Positions 29,221 to 39,262 of a DNA stretch of 64,000 nt are shown piece after piece. The notes beneath the pieces were generated by a model. That model did no database searches, was not told the origin of the DNA, and saw nothing but the letters and a program-made list of their open reading frames with translations. Made by a program: the position numbers and the translations under genes. Each line of letters starts with the position of its first letter. The stretch's first letter is position 1. The stretch comes from Nitrososphaeria archaeon (lineage in GTDB: Archaea; Thermoproteota; Nitrososphaeria; Nitrososphaerales; JAAOZN01): positions 71,807 through 135,806 of the forward strand of contig JARVJZ010000005.1 of assembly GCA_029775855.1 (NCBI GenBank), in the 5' to 3' direction.

Positions 29221-30171
29221 TTAGGAGATTTGCAGCATCCTTTCTATAGCTACTCTTGCTCTTCTTGCTACATCATCATCCACTTTAACTACATAAACCA
29301 TATTCTTTAACGAAGCAAGAACTTTATCAAGAGTTATCATCTTCATGTATTTGCAGACGGCATCTTCTTTGACAGGTATGAACGTTTTATCTGGGCTCTC
29401 TTTTGCCAACCTATGCAGTAAACCGACCTCGGTTGCTATAATGAATTCTTTAGCTTGTGATAGCTTAGCTTCCCTTAGCATACCGCTTGTAGATAATACA
29501 GCCATACCGTTATAGCCCTCTGAAGCGCATAAATAAAGGCACTGGCTTACGCAACCGCACTCAGGATGTATAAGTAGTTTAGCATTTGGATGCCTTCTTC
29601 TGACAGCCTCGATATCTTGCAATCTTATTCCCGCGTGCACATGGCATTCACCAGTCCAGATGTGCATTTTACGACCTAGCTTGGCTTCTGCGTATGCGCC
29701 GAGGAACATGTCTGGTAGGAACAGAATCTCTTTTTCTTTTGGTATAGCTTCTATGACTTTGAGGAGGTTGCTTGAAGTGCAGCAGTAATCGCTTTCAGCT
29801 TTAACCTCTGCTGTTGTGTTCACATAGCTTACGACTACTGCATTAGGATGCTTCTTCTTCCAATCTCTAAGCTGCTCAACATTTATCGTATCACATAGTG
29901 AGCATCCAGCGCCAAGATCTGGTATGAGGACTGTTTTGTCTGGGTTCAGTATGGCTGCTGTTTCAGCCATAAACTTTACACCGCATAAGACTATAACCTT
30001 AGCTTTGATTTTTGAGGCGTATCTTGCTAGTTCTAGTGAGTCGCCTATGTAGTCTGCTATATCTTGAACTTCTGGGATTTGGTAGTTGTGCGCTAAGATA
30101 GTCGCTTCCCTAACTTCCTTCCAATGCTTTATCTCCGCCTCTATGCCTTGTAGGGTCTTCGCACTCTGCAC
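29221..30171 (-). CDS. nadA: quinolinate synthase
   Basis: ILAHNYQ, GDSL.L, CGV.FMAETA, YVNT and HPEC motifs. Confidence 0.96.
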   Translation of the reverse strand: MQSAKTLQGIEAEIKHWKEVREATILAHNYQIPEVQDIADYIGDSLELARYASKIKAKVIVLCGVKFMAETAAILNPDKTVLIPDLGAGCSLCDTINVEQLRDWKKKHPNAVVVSYVNTTAEVKAESDYCCTSSNLLKVIEAIPKEKEILFLPDMFLGAYAEAKLGRKMHIWTGECHVHAGIRLQDIEAVRRRHPNAKLLIHPECGCVSQCLYLCASEGYNGMAVLSTSGMLREAKLSQAKEFIIATEVGLLHRLAKESPDKTFIPVKEDAVCKYMKMITLDKVLASLKNMVYVVKVDDDVARRARVAIERMLQIS

Positions 30172-30259
30172 ATAATATTTAGCGAATAATATTTAATAAA
30201 AAATGTAGGTTTTCGGCAATTTAGGCAAGTATGATTGATTTTTGCTTCTTAAATTGCCG
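30172..30259 (-). promoter_or_regulatory. nadX-nadA intergenic element: 10-bp inverted repeat, TATA-like box and 10-bp direct repeat
   Basis: CGGCAATTTA (30214-30223) / TAAATTGCCG (30250-30259); ATAATATTTA at 30172-30181 and 30186-30195; TTTATTAAATA on the minus strand about 25 nt before the nadA GTG. Confidence 0.5.
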
Positions 30260-30260
30260 T

Positions 30261-31094
30261 TTAAGTGCCTACTTTAAGACCAAGAGTGCATATGCTTCTT
30301 AGGGTAGAGATGGCTGAGAGTGCTGCTATATAGCTCGTTTTAGGGTTATTTGGGAAGGGTTTATTTTTAAGCACTATGCTTATTTCCCCAAATTTACCTT
30401 TTGCTACTACCTCATGTATGTTTACGTCTAACGTTGGGTCTGCTATGACGCGTATTGTAGGCTCTCTATTCGGAGAGGCCGCTAGTGTGAGCGTTGCACC
30501 CACGTTCACATTTGCTGGAAAGAGTCTCGCAGCTTCGACGGCTCCTCCTTCATAAAGTGTGGTTGGTTCAGTTATGCTGCTGGGGTCGATTCCTTTTTCG
30601 GCGAAGAAGGGTGAAGAGGCTAGTGCTCTTGGATGCTTACGTGTAGTTAGGCTTAGTTCACTAAAGCCGACTATACTTGCAGCCTTTACTGCATCAATGC
30701 CTCCAAGTGCTCCTGAGACTACATAGATTTTACAACCGTATCTTTGACATAGTAAAAGTAGTCGTTGGAGTAATTCTCTGTCCAGTAGTGCTCCTACGCT
30801 TAACACGACGAGGTCTTTTCTGCTCTTAAGGATCTTTTCAGAGTATTCTCTTACAGCTTGCTGTGACGCTGCTTCTACTATTAAATCTATATTGCTCTTT
30901 AGGAGCTCGGCTAACGTTTTGACTGGTTTGTATCTCTTTTTTAGGTGTGTGTTGAGTGTGTGTAGTGCTTGGAGGTTTTTGTCTAATGCTGCTTTGAGTT
31001 CAGCGTTTGGTACCAGCCCCTCATCTATAGCTTTTGCTATTTCGCTTCCTATCGCGCCGCAACCTATAAGTCCTATGCGCACCTTCTTAGACAC
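30261..31094 (-). CDS. nadX: L-aspartate dehydrogenase
   Basis: G.GAIG, VEAAS, SGA.GG.D, FP.NVNV and NPKTS..AA.S motifs. Confidence 0.94.
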   Translation of the reverse strand: MSKKVRIGLIGCGAIGSEIAKAIDEGLVPNAELKAALDKNLQALHTLNTHLKKRYKPVKTLAELLKSNIDLIVEAASQQAVREYSEKILKSRKDLVVLSVGALLDRELLQRLLLLCQRYGCKIYVVSGALGGIDAVKAASIVGFSELSLTTRKHPRALASSPFFAEKGIDPSSITEPTTLYEGGAVEAARLFPANVNVGATLTLAASPNREPTIRVIADPTLDVNIHEVVAKGKFGEISIVLKNKPFPNNPKTSYIAALSAISTLRSICTLGLKVGT

Positions 31095-31104
31095 ATTCTC
31101 ACCT

Positions 31105-31974
31105 TCAAATAGGTTCCAATTCTAAGCTTATGTCTATGTATTGTGGTGTAGAGGTTAGGCTGCCCATCGAAATTATATCTACACCAGCCATAGCGTAGTT
31201 GAGCACATTTGAATAGTTTATTCCCCCAGAAGCCTCAAGTAGAACCTTCTCACGCAACCCCCTTCTCTTAAGAACATCAACCACTTGTTTAACGTCGTCA
31301 GAAGATAGGTTATCGAACATAACTATGTCCGCACCGGCTTCTATCGCTTCTAACGCTTCATCCAAAGACTTAACCTCTACTTCGATCTTCATAGAGAAGC
31401 TTGAACCAGACCTAACCTTTTTAACAGCCTCACCTACCCCGCCGCATAATGCTATATGGTTATCTTTTATGAGGATCATCGAAGATAGATCCATCCGATG
31501 CGGGTCACCACCTCCAGCTAAGACCGCCTTCTTCTCGAACAGCCTTAAACCAGGGTGGGTCTTCCTTGTGGCAGCTATACGTGTGTATAGACCATTTGCT
31601 CTAAGGAGATCCACGATGTTTTTGGTCGCTGTTGCTACTCCACACATATGTGATAGTAGGTTCAGAAGCGTCCTCTCGATTAGAAGTATGTCTTTGGCTT
31701 TACCTGTTATCTCACCTAACACGCTTTGTGCTTTGAATCTTTCCCCGTCTTTGAGGTTAAGCTTGCTTGATAGGTTGAAGAGTGAAGATAGTGTCTCAAC
31801 TTCTTCTGAGCCTGCGAAGACGCCGTCTGTCTTTGCTATTAGGCTTGCCCTTGCCTCTGTTTTAGGGTCTACTATAAGATGTGTTGTGATGTCTCCCCAA
31901 GGAGCATCTTCCTCTACAAATTTCATTAGTAGGTCTTTAATAAGCGGGTTCATCACTTTTTTGCCCCCCTTCAC
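31105..31974 (-). CDS. nadC: quinolinate phosphoribosyltransferase
   Basis: ED...GD.TT, TRKT.PG.R, IKDNH, EVEV and EASGGI motifs. True start is probably the GTG/ATG near 31953-31956. Confidence 0.95.
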   Translation of the reverse strand: MKGGKKVMNPLIKDLLMKFVEEDAPWGDITTHLIVDPKTEARASLIAKTDGVFAGSEEVETLSSLFNLSSKLNLKDGERFKAQSVLGEITGKAKDILLIERTLLNLLSHMCGVATATKNIVDLLRANGLYTRIAATRKTHPGLRLFEKKAVLAGGGDPHRMDLSSMILIKDNHIALCGGVGEAVKKVRSGSSFSMKIEVEVKSLDEALEAIEAGADIVMFDNLSSDDVKQVVDVLKRRGLREKVLLEASGGINYSNVLNYAMAGVDIISMGSLTSTPQYIDISLELEPI

Positions 31975-32968
31975 TTTCTTCTAATCTCCAGAGCTCATCT
32001 ACAACTGCTTTCGGATAAGCATGCTTTTTTCCCATTTCATCCACAACAATACGCTTTGAAGCTGTAAATCTACCTATCTCAGCTACTGATATGCCTTTAC
32101 ATTTAAGCTGACTTTTAACCTCCTCCACACCTTTTGGGTCAACCGCCATAAGTAGTGAGCCAGAGCTGATTAGAAGAAGCGGGTCTATACCCTTCAATCC
32201 ACAGATCTCTCTAGTCACAGAAAGCACTGGAATCTTAGATCTGTAGACTATAAAACCTAAGCCGGATGCTACAGCCATCTCACATAACCCCCCTATAACC
32301 CCGCCTTCGGTCGGGTCATGCATAGCGTGCACATAGCCAGTTGAGTAAGCAGTCAGAGCGTCCTCTACTATACTGATCTTCTTTGCTAAGTTGATAGCCT
32401 TCTTCCTAGTTGAATTAGGAAGATTTTTTAAAGATCTGTCGAATCTAGCTAAGATCGATGTGCCTTCTAATGCCGCTGCCTTAGTCATCATTATTACGTC
32501 TCCAAGTCTTGCGTCTGCAGATGTTACGTATGTTTCCGCTACGCTGAAGCAAGTTGATATTACGATAGGTTTTTTGAGGCCTTTCACTGTTTCTGTATGT
32601 CCTCCGGTTATTGAGATACCTAGCTTCTTAGCTGCCTTATGCATATCATAAGCTATCTGTTTAAGCGTGGAAGCATCTGAGCCCTCAGGAAGTAATATGA
32701 CTGACTGCAGAAACATTGGTCTAGCCCCTGATGTTGCAACATCGTTTGCAGCGACATTCACAGCATACCAGCCTATCTCCTCTGCTACACCCGTTATCGG
32801 GTCTGAGGATAGGATAAGGTAGTGCTCTTTAAGTGCTATGACAGCTATGTCTACGCCTACTTTTGGCTTAACAAGGAGTAACGGGGAAAAAGCACCACCC
32901 TTCTTAAGCACGATAGATTCAAGAATTTGTGGAGGAACCTTACCTAATGGTAGAGCCATGCCCTTCAA
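31937..32968 (-). CDS. AIR synthase/PurM-like ATP-binding protein (HypE-related)
   Basis: GK.PP, DPITG, NDVA..GA, GGHTE and MHDPTEGG motifs. Confidence 0.88.
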   Translation of the reverse strand: MKGMALPLGKVPPQILESIVLKKGGAFSPLLLVKPKVGVDIAVIALKEHYLILSSDPITGVAEEIGWYAVNVAANDVATSGARPMFLQSVILLPEGSDASTLKQIAYDMHKAAKKLGISITGGHTETVKGLKKPIVISTCFSVAETYVTSADARLGDVIMMTKAAALEGTSILARFDRSLKNLPNSTRKKAINLAKKISIVEDALTAYSTGYVHAMHDPTEGGVIGGLCEMAVASGLGFIVYRSKIPVLSVTREICGLKGIDPLLLISSGSLLMAVDPKGVEEVKSQLKCKGISVAEIGRFTASKRIVVDEMGKKHAYPKAVVDELWRLEESEGGQKSDEPAY

Positions 32969-33042
32969 CTATCTTCTAAACTCATTTATACGCTTAAGCA
33001 TCACACTAATAAGCTATTAGGTTAAAAGCGAAGGGGTAGGGT

Positions 33043-33942
33043 GTGTCGACAACACATATAGCAGCACAAACATTAAAGAGCCTCAGCTCAGAAGATTGGA
33101 GCGTACTTTCAGCGCTTGAGAGAGCGCTCGAAGCATATGAAGTTGTGCCATTTGAGTACATATCTAAAACAACAAACCTACACCTTGATGAAGTAAAGTT
33201 TAGGCTTAAACGGCTAGACCAATTAAAACTCATCCACCTTACCACAAACGGAGCTACATTAGTATCTGCGGGTCTAGATGCATTAGCCCTCAGAGGCTTT
33301 GTGAAACGAAACTTCATATCTGGCATAGGGCCAATAATAGGTGTAGGCAAAGAATCTGATGTCTACGAAGCCATAGACGACGCAGGCAGAGCCTATGCGG
33401 TAAAGTTCTATCGAATAGGGCGCATAAGCTTCAGAGCCATAAAGATCAAGCGGAGCTACGTGGAGCCAACCGCACACCACCATTGGCTAAAGGTGAACAT
33501 CAGCGCAGCGAAAAAAGAGTTTGAAGCAATTAAAAAATTGAGCCAAGTTGGTGTATCTGTACCTGAAGTTATAGCGCGTAATAGGCATGCGCTGCTGATG
33601 GAGAGAATTCGAGGAATGCTTTTAGTAGATTGTAAGGAGCTTAAGGAGCCTAAGAAGGTGCTTAAAGAGATCTTAAAGAATATCCGCTTAGCCTACACTA
33701 AAGCTGGTATAGTTAACGCAGACCTCAGCGAATTTAACATCTTATGCAGCGACTCAAAGATCTTGCTTATAGACTGGCCTCAAGCAGTAAGTAAAGAGCA
33801 CCCTAATGCAACTATACTCTTAGACCGAGATGTGTTGAACATCTTGAAGTTTTTTAGAAGAAGGTTTAAAATTGATTGCTCAATGGAGGATGCCTCTTTT
33901 TATGTTAGGGGCTGGCGAGACAGTGTAGAACTTCACAGCTAA
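33043..33942 (+). CDS. rio2: RIO2 atypical Ser/Thr kinase
   Basis: N-terminal wHTH; G.GKES.VY, DLSEFNI and IDWPQ motifs. Confidence 0.92.
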   Translation: MSTTHIAAQTLKSLSSEDWSVLSALERALEAYEVVPFEYISKTTNLHLDEVKFRLKRLDQLKLIHLTTNGATLVSAGLDALALRGFVKRNFISGIGPIIGVGKESDVYEAIDDAGRAYAVKFYRIGRISFRAIKIKRSYVEPTAHHHWLKVNISAAKKEFEAIKKLSQVGVSVPEVIARNRHALLMERIRGMLLVDCKELKEPKKVLKEILKNIRLAYTKAGIVNADLSEFNILCSDSKILLIDWPQAVSKEHPNATILLDRDVLNILKFFRRRFKIDCSMEDASFYVRGWRDSVELHS

Positions 33943-35159
33943 AATAGCGTAACCTCTCGGCGCCTTATCATCTCCGAAACCTGGGAAGTCTTACCTAATT
34001 CCTCTTCAATTATTTTTTCAACATCCCCTCTAACAGCGCCCAGCGTCTTACCTTTCTCAAGGAGCAGAGCTGCGCTTGCTACTTGAGGTTCAGCTATAGG
34101 TGAGCCTATTCTGCTTAATATCCTCACATAGACTTCTTTAATTCCACTAACTTCTTTGATGATTCTGTTTGCAGCGCTCTGAGCGATTACTTGATATATC
34201 TTACCCGTATGGTTCACCGGATTCTTACCAGCTGTAGCTTCCATGGAGTATTGGCGCATGGGTGTGATAAGCCCATTAACTCGGTTTCCTCTACCCGTAT
34301 TGCCATCATCACCTGCTTCAGCTGAGGTGCCTGTAACGGTTAGGTAGTAGCTGCCGGTTGACTTTATGTCCCCTGAATTTACTTTTACTTCTACTTCTAG
34401 TTCACTCTGCCTAGAGGCTAGGTCTTTAATCAAATTGCTTGCTTCTTCGATTACACTCTCGTAATGAGATGCGTCGGGGATAAGCCCGCTTACTGTAGCT
34501 AGAGCTACTGTAAGATGTAGCTTCTTTCCTCTTCGGAAACCCATAACCTTTATGTCCTCGCCAGTTTCAGGCAGCATCTTCTTAACACGCTCTGAGTTAA
34601 GCATCTTTTCAGTTTCTAAGACAAGAGTCTCAGTTGGTGAAAGAGGTGCATAAGCCACACCGATAGAGGTGTCGTTAGCTAAGGGTATCTTGTTTGAAGA
34701 TGTGAAGACAGACATAAGATCTTGTGAACCCTGTTTTATCTTATAGTCCACTACTACATGTGTCTCTACGTCAAGGTGTCTGACGGTCTGCTTAAGATAG
34801 CGTTTGACTGCAGAGATGGCGATGCCGCCTATTGGAACTGAGAGCACTTCTGAGCCTTTGTTTATGAATGATGTCGCTCTGCCTGCTATAAGTATGTAGA
34901 TGGGTTCTATAACCTCTCCGCCTCCGAATCTAGGCTTTGATCTACCGCCTACAAGAAGCCCTTTGTCCACGTTATGATGGAGGATGGTGCCAAATTCTTT
35001 AAGGTAGTACTCACATAAATTCAGAGAAACCGCTTCACACGCACCATCTATGAGGCTATCTGGGTGTCCTAATCCTTTCCTCTCAACTATCTCAACCTCG
35101 AGTTCAGAAACCATAGGTGCTTTGATTTCTTCTGTATGTAGAAAGGACATCAACACCAC
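33939..35159 (-). CDS. mat: archaeal S-adenosylmethionine synthetase
   Basis: [27 protein letters not shown] and GKNPV.H.GK motifs. Confidence 0.96.
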   Translation of the reverse strand: MVLMSFLHTEEIKAPMVSELEVEIVERKGLGHPDSLIDGACEAVSLNLCEYYLKEFGTILHHNVDKGLLVGGRSKPRFGGGEVIEPIYILIAGRATSFINKGSEVLSVPIGGIAISAVKRYLKQTVRHLDVETHVVVDYKIKQGSQDLMSVFTSSNKIPLANDTSIGVAYAPLSPTETLVLETEKMLNSERVKKMLPETGEDIKVMGFRRGKKLHLTVALATVSGLIPDASHYESVIEEASNLIKDLASRQSELEVEVKVNSGDIKSTGSYYLTVTGTSAEAGDDGNTGRGNRVNGLITPMRQYSMEATAGKNPVNHTGKIYQVIAQSAANRIIKEVSGIKEVYVRILSRIGSPIAEPQVASAALLLEKGKTLGAVRGDVEKIIEEELGKTSQVSEMIRRREVTLF

Positions 35160-35172
35160 CCTATATTCGGTG

Positions 35173-35412
35173 CTATATATCGTCTTCGAATTTAATGAAG
35201 AGTACGTTATTTCCTCTTATAACTACTTTGCCGAATTGAGCTGAAAGCACACCCTTTGAAAACTCCTGTGCGTCAACAAGTATAACATTCATGTAGTTAT
35301 CCACATTCGCCATTTTTCCTCTGTATTCCAAATCACTCTTTAGCTTCACAGATATATGCTTGTTAATCGCTTTCTGGAGGCATTGAAGTGGCTTCTTTCC
35401 GCTTTGCAACAA
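35173..35412 (-). CDS. Sm-like (Lsm) RNA-binding protein
   Basis: Sm1 (D.YMN..L.DA.E) and Sm2 (IRGNNV) motifs. Confidence 0.93.
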   Translation of the reverse strand: MLQSGKKPLQCLQKAINKHISVKLKSDLEYRGKMANVDNYMNVILVDAQEFSKGVLSAQFGKVVIRGNNVLFIKFEDDI

Positions 35413-35497
35413 CCGTGTTCACTTCTCTATCTTATAAAGACGCTTCCAGATGCTAAATAAAAACCTTCCTAATTTAGATATGGGTTGAATTGAAGCC

Positions 35498-36292
35498 TCA
35501 AAGACTCCTTGCATATGCCTCCACCAAGTCTCTAGCAGTAACTATACCCACAAGATCTTCTCCTTGAACAAGAGGAAGCCTCTTTATCCGCTTCTCCACC
35601 ATAATCTTGGCCGCTTCGCTTACAGACACATTAACTGAAGCTGTGATAAGTGGTGTAGAGAGCAAGAATTTTAATTCGGTTGTGAAAGGTATGTTTTGTG
35701 CGGCAACCTTTGTCATAAGGTCTCTCTCAGCGAATATGCCATACGGTTCATCGTCTTTTGTTACTATTACACTACCTATCCTCTTTGATGCCATCATTTG
35801 AGCAGCATCAAGGGCTGTTGCATTCTCATCCAAACAGTAGACCTTTTTCGACATAACACCATCTACACCAACACGGAGGTTGAGTTCAGATATACCTTTA
35901 ACAAGATCTGAAGCGGTCACTATACCCGCAACTTTATCACCTTCAAAAACCAAAAGACGCTTCTTCTTTTCAAGCATAAGCTTAGCGGCATCCTTCAGTG
36001 AAGCGTCAGAAGCGATACGACCATAGGCGATAGACATAACCTCCAGCACTAAGGTTGTTGATAAATCCCTCTTCAATGCTATAACCTTCCAAATTATGTC
36101 TGTCTCTGTTAGAAGGCCTATTGGGCCAACACTACCTATCACTACTAGGCTTCCTATATGCTTCTCACCTAATATGGTTGCTGCTACCTTCAGTTTCTCA
36201 GTTGGGTTTATACACTGCACATTCCTTTGCATAACATCCTCAACTATCTTAAACAATCTAATCTCTACTTTTAGGCATCTCCTATTAAACAT
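35498..36292 (-). CDS. tandem CBS-domain protein (4 CBS repeats)
   Basis: Repeated IGS..V, RL.V and GIVT..DLV motifs. Confidence 0.88.
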   Translation of the reverse strand: MFNRRCLKVEIRLFKIVEDVMQRNVQCINPTEKLKVAATILGEKHIGSLVVIGSVGPIGLLTETDIIWKVIALKRDLSTTLVLEVMSIAYGRIASDASLKDAAKLMLEKKKRLLVFEGDKVAGIVTASDLVKGISELNLRVGVDGVMSKKVYCLDENATALDAAQMMASKRIGSVIVTKDDEPYGIFAERDLMTKVAAQNIPFTTELKFLLSTPLITASVNVSVSEAAKIMVEKRIKRLPLVQGEDLVGIVTARDLVEAYARSL

Positions 36293-36305
36293 AACGTATG
36301 CTGAC

Positions 36306-37331
36306 TCACTTATTTGGGTTGATAACCACTTTTAGCGCTTTACCCTCAATAACCAACTTAAAACCAGACAATATTTCAGAAAGAGGTAGACGGTGGGTAA
36401 TTAGGTCTTTTAACTCAAGCGTCTTAGCGGATACCATATCAAGAGCTTCTTTTAGATCTTTTGGCGCTGCACCATAGGAGGTTGTCAAAGTCACTTCGTT
36501 CCTCCAGTAGTCAGTTAATGGGATATGCGCTCTAAACGCTGGGTCAGGTACTGCAAAAAATAATATGGTGCCTCCTCGATCTACACATTTCAAAGCATCT
36601 TTATAGGCTGATGATGAGCCTGTGCATAGAATAACTTTATCAGCTCTTTTCCCCTCATTAAAGTCTAAGAGAGCCTGCTCAACATCATCTTTCAGAGCGT
36701 TTATAGTTAAGTCAGCACCAAAGCGCTTAGCATAATTGAGCTTGAGATCGTTAACATCTGTCGCAATTATCTTCGACACCCCTCTATGATGAGCCAGTTG
36801 TATATGAAGAAGCCCAGCCACACCACTACCTAGTATGAGGACTGTGTCTCTGCTCTTTACTTCTGCCACTCTCTGACCGCGTATAACACATCCTAAAGGC
36901 TCGATGAACACGCCTTCTTCGAATGAGATTGTGTCTGGTAACCTAAAAACTCCTCTCTCCACGTTTATCTTAGGCACCCTAATGTATTCTGAAAATCCAC
37001 CAGGATAGTAGTTCGTTGTATGTAGGGTTTCGCAAGCTGTTTCCTTGTCTGAAAGACAATATTTGCATACACCGCAAGGTACATGGTGCGAAACGAAGAC
37101 TCTATCTCCGCATTTATATTCCTCCACACCTGCGCCTACTTCTACTACTTCCCCTGTAGCTTCGTGTCCTAAGACGGTGGGTGCTCTTTTCTTACGATAC
37201 CATTCTAATACATCAGTTCCGCAGATTCCGCAGGCTTCTGTTTTGATTAGTAGTTCTCCGCTTCTGATTTTTGGTCGCTCTACCTCCTCTACTCGTATAT
37301 CTTGGTTGCTGTAGTAGACTGCGACACGCAA
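36306..37331 (-). CDS. Zn-dependent alcohol/polyol dehydrogenase (MDR family)
   Basis: CGTD, GHE..G, C..C..C structural Zn site and G.G..G motif. Confidence 0.9.
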   Translation of the reverse strand: MRVAVYYSNQDIRVEEVERPKIRSGELLIKTEACGICGTDVLEWYRKKRAPTVLGHEATGEVVEVGAGVEEYKCGDRVFVSHHVPCGVCKYCLSDKETACETLHTTNYYPGGFSEYIRVPKINVERGVFRLPDTISFEEGVFIEPLGCVIRGQRVAEVKSRDTVLILGSGVAGLLHIQLAHHRGVSKIIATDVNDLKLNYAKRFGADLTINALKDDVEQALLDFNEGKRADKVILCTGSSSAYKDALKCVDRGGTILFFAVPDPAFRAHIPLTDYWRNEVTLTTSYGAAPKDLKEALDMVSAKTLELKDLITHRLPLSEILSGFKLVIEGKALKVVINPNK

Positions 37332-37346
37332 CTGTATCTAAACCTT

Positions 37347-38141
37347 TTAACCTGTTAGTTTAGCTCTTTCGAACTCATCTTGTGCCTCTTTAGGTGTGTA
37401 GTTTTCGTGGATCAACGCTCTTAAAGCCTTTATCATAGCTACAGGATGGTCGTGTTGCCAGATGTTTCTTCCCAAGTTCACACCTATCGCCCCTTTCTGA
37501 AGGGCATCATATACCCACTCAAAGACCTCTAGCTCTGAATCAACTTTTGGCCCTCCAGCTATAACCACTGGCACTGGGCATCCTCTAACAACTTTTTCGA
37601 AGCCTTCTTTGCAGTAGTATGTCTTCACTATTCTTGCACCTAGTTCTGCTGCTATCCTTGAACTTAACGCTAAGTATCGTGCTTCACGCTTCTCCAACTC
37701 CTTCCCAACCGCTGTGACCGCCATCACAGGTATACCGTAATCTTCACATACATTGACTAACCTCGCTAGATTCAGTAGTGATTCGCGTTCATATTTATGG
37801 CCGACGAAGATAGAGAGCGATACAGCCGATGCATTCAGCCTTATAGCCTCCTTAACTGATGTTATAATCCCCTCGTTAGAAAGGTCTTCACCGATAACAC
37901 TAACACCACCTGAAACCCTGAGTATGATTGGTTTGGTGTTTGTTGGATCTATACAGGAACGCAGCACGCCACGTGTAAGCATTATAGCATCAGCATAAGG
38001 CATAAGAGGCGCAACGGTCTTACCAGGCTCTTCGAGGCGTGTAGTAGGGCCTTGAAAGTAGCCGTGGTCTATCGGTAGGAAGAGTGCACGCCCATCTTTC
38101 TGGATTAGTTGGGCTAACCTATTCTTCATACCCCAATCCAT
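37347..38141 (-). CDS. lsrF: LsrF-like DhnA-family aldolase/thiolase
   Basis: MDWGMKNRL N-terminus, DHGYFQGPT, ELGA.IVKTYY and VIAGG.K motifs. Confidence 0.85.
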   Translation of the reverse strand: MDWGMKNRLAQLIQKDGRALFLPIDHGYFQGPTTRLEEPGKTVAPLMPYADAIMLTRGVLRSCIDPTNTKPIILRVSGGVSVIGEDLSNEGIITSVKEAIRLNASAVSLSIFVGHKYERESLLNLARLVNVCEDYGIPVMAVTAVGKELEKREARYLALSSRIAAELGARIVKTYYCKEGFEKVVRGCPVPVVIAGGPKVDSELEVFEWVYDALQKGAIGVNLGRNIWQHDHPVAMIKALRALIHENYTPKEAQDEFERAKLTG

Positions 38142-38191
38142 AGCGGCTCATCAACCATATGCTCTAGTTATTAGATAACCTTTTACTGTTA

Positions 38192-39262
38192 TCAGCCTAA
38201 CCAATCTTTTAAGGGTTGTGTTATAACTTTTCGAGCGTTTCTTAGTTCGCTGACTTTTTGCGCACCAACTAAGAACATAGTTGCTTTGAAATGTAGGATT
38301 ATCTTATTAAGTGTGGCTTCAACTTCTTCCTTTGAGACAACCGCTGCCTTTAGAAGGGGGTATGCCATCCCACTTAGAGCAGCGCCTAGAGCGATACATT
38401 TTGCAGCCTCCAAACCTGTTCTTATGCCTCCAGAAGCTATAACTGGAACCTTAACCGCTTTAACCACCTCTATGAGCGCTGCCGCTGTTGGTACCCCCCA
38501 GTCCCAGAAGACTTCGCCTAATTCAGCCTTTTGCGTCACGTTTGCATCTTGGGCTCGTTGGCTCTCTATGCCCGCCCAGCTTGTTCCCCCTGCTCCAGCT
38601 ACATTTATTGCAGCAACACCAGCTAGCTGCAGTTTTAAGGCTACTTCCCTTGATATTCCACAGCCGACCTCCTTTACAATAATAGGTATATTCAACTGCT
38701 TCGTTAGTTCACGTATTCTTTCTAAAACACCCTTATAGGTAGGCTCTCCTTCTGGCTGTATAAGCTCTTGCAGAGGATTTAGATGAACTACAAGCGCATC
38801 TGCCTTCACTATGTCGATAAGCTTCTTAACATTCTCAACGCTTAAGCCTCTTGCGAGCTGCGCCCCACCTATATTGGCGGCTAAAAATATGTTTGGTCCT
38901 TCTTTTCTTGCAACTCTGTAGGTTTCCGCTAAGTCTTCACCTAATAGTGCTGCTCTTTGGCTCCCAAGCACCATACCTAGGTTTAACTTTTCGGCTGCTG
39001 CAGCTAAGTTTGCGTTTATCTTGGTTGCTTCTGGGGTTCCTCCCGTCATTGCATCTATGAGTAGGGGTGCACCGAATCTGTGGTTTAGGAATGTTGTTGA
39101 TGTATCTATACTGTTAAAGTCTAATTCTGGTAATGCGTTGTGAATTAAGTGCACGCATTCAAGTAATGTGGATGTTGTGCGTGCTTGAACATTTCGCTCT
39201 AAAGGTATTTTGAGTCCGTCTAGCTTCCTCTTAGCTATAACTTCTTTTTCATCTTCCTTCAA
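38192..39262 (-). CDS. fni: type 2 isopentenyl-diphosphate isomerase
   Basis: AMTGG, GSQR, HLN.LQE..QPEG and KEVG.G motifs. Confidence 0.95.
   Translation of the reverse strand: MKEDEKEVIAKRKLDGLKIPLERNVQARTTSTLLECVHLIHNALPELDFNSIDTSTTFLNHRFGAPLLIDAMTGGTPEATKINANLAAAAEKLNLGMVLGSQRAALLGEDLAETYRVARKEGPNIFLAANIGGAQLARGLSVENVKKLIDIVKADALVVHLNPLQELIQPEGEPTYKGVLERIRELTKQLNIPIIVKEVGCGISREVALKLQLAGVAAINVAGAGGTSWAGIESQRAQDANVTQKAELGEVFWDWGVPTAAALIEVVKAVKVPVIASGGIRTGLEAAKCIALGAALSGMAYPLLKAAVVSKEEVEATLNKIILHFKATMFLVGAQKVSELRNARKVITQPLKDWLG

Noticed and set aside
31325-31984. 219-aa plus-strand ORF, and similar long antisense ORFs (e.g. 39287-39856, 38286-38738, 10462-10872, 51683-52171)
   Set aside because: They lie antisense to well-supported genes, have atypical composition (mostly Ser/Thr-rich) and no motifs: shadow ORFs.
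31937-32968. Calling this gene hypE
   Set aside because: Lacks the C-terminal PRIC motif of HypE and has no hydrogenase context.
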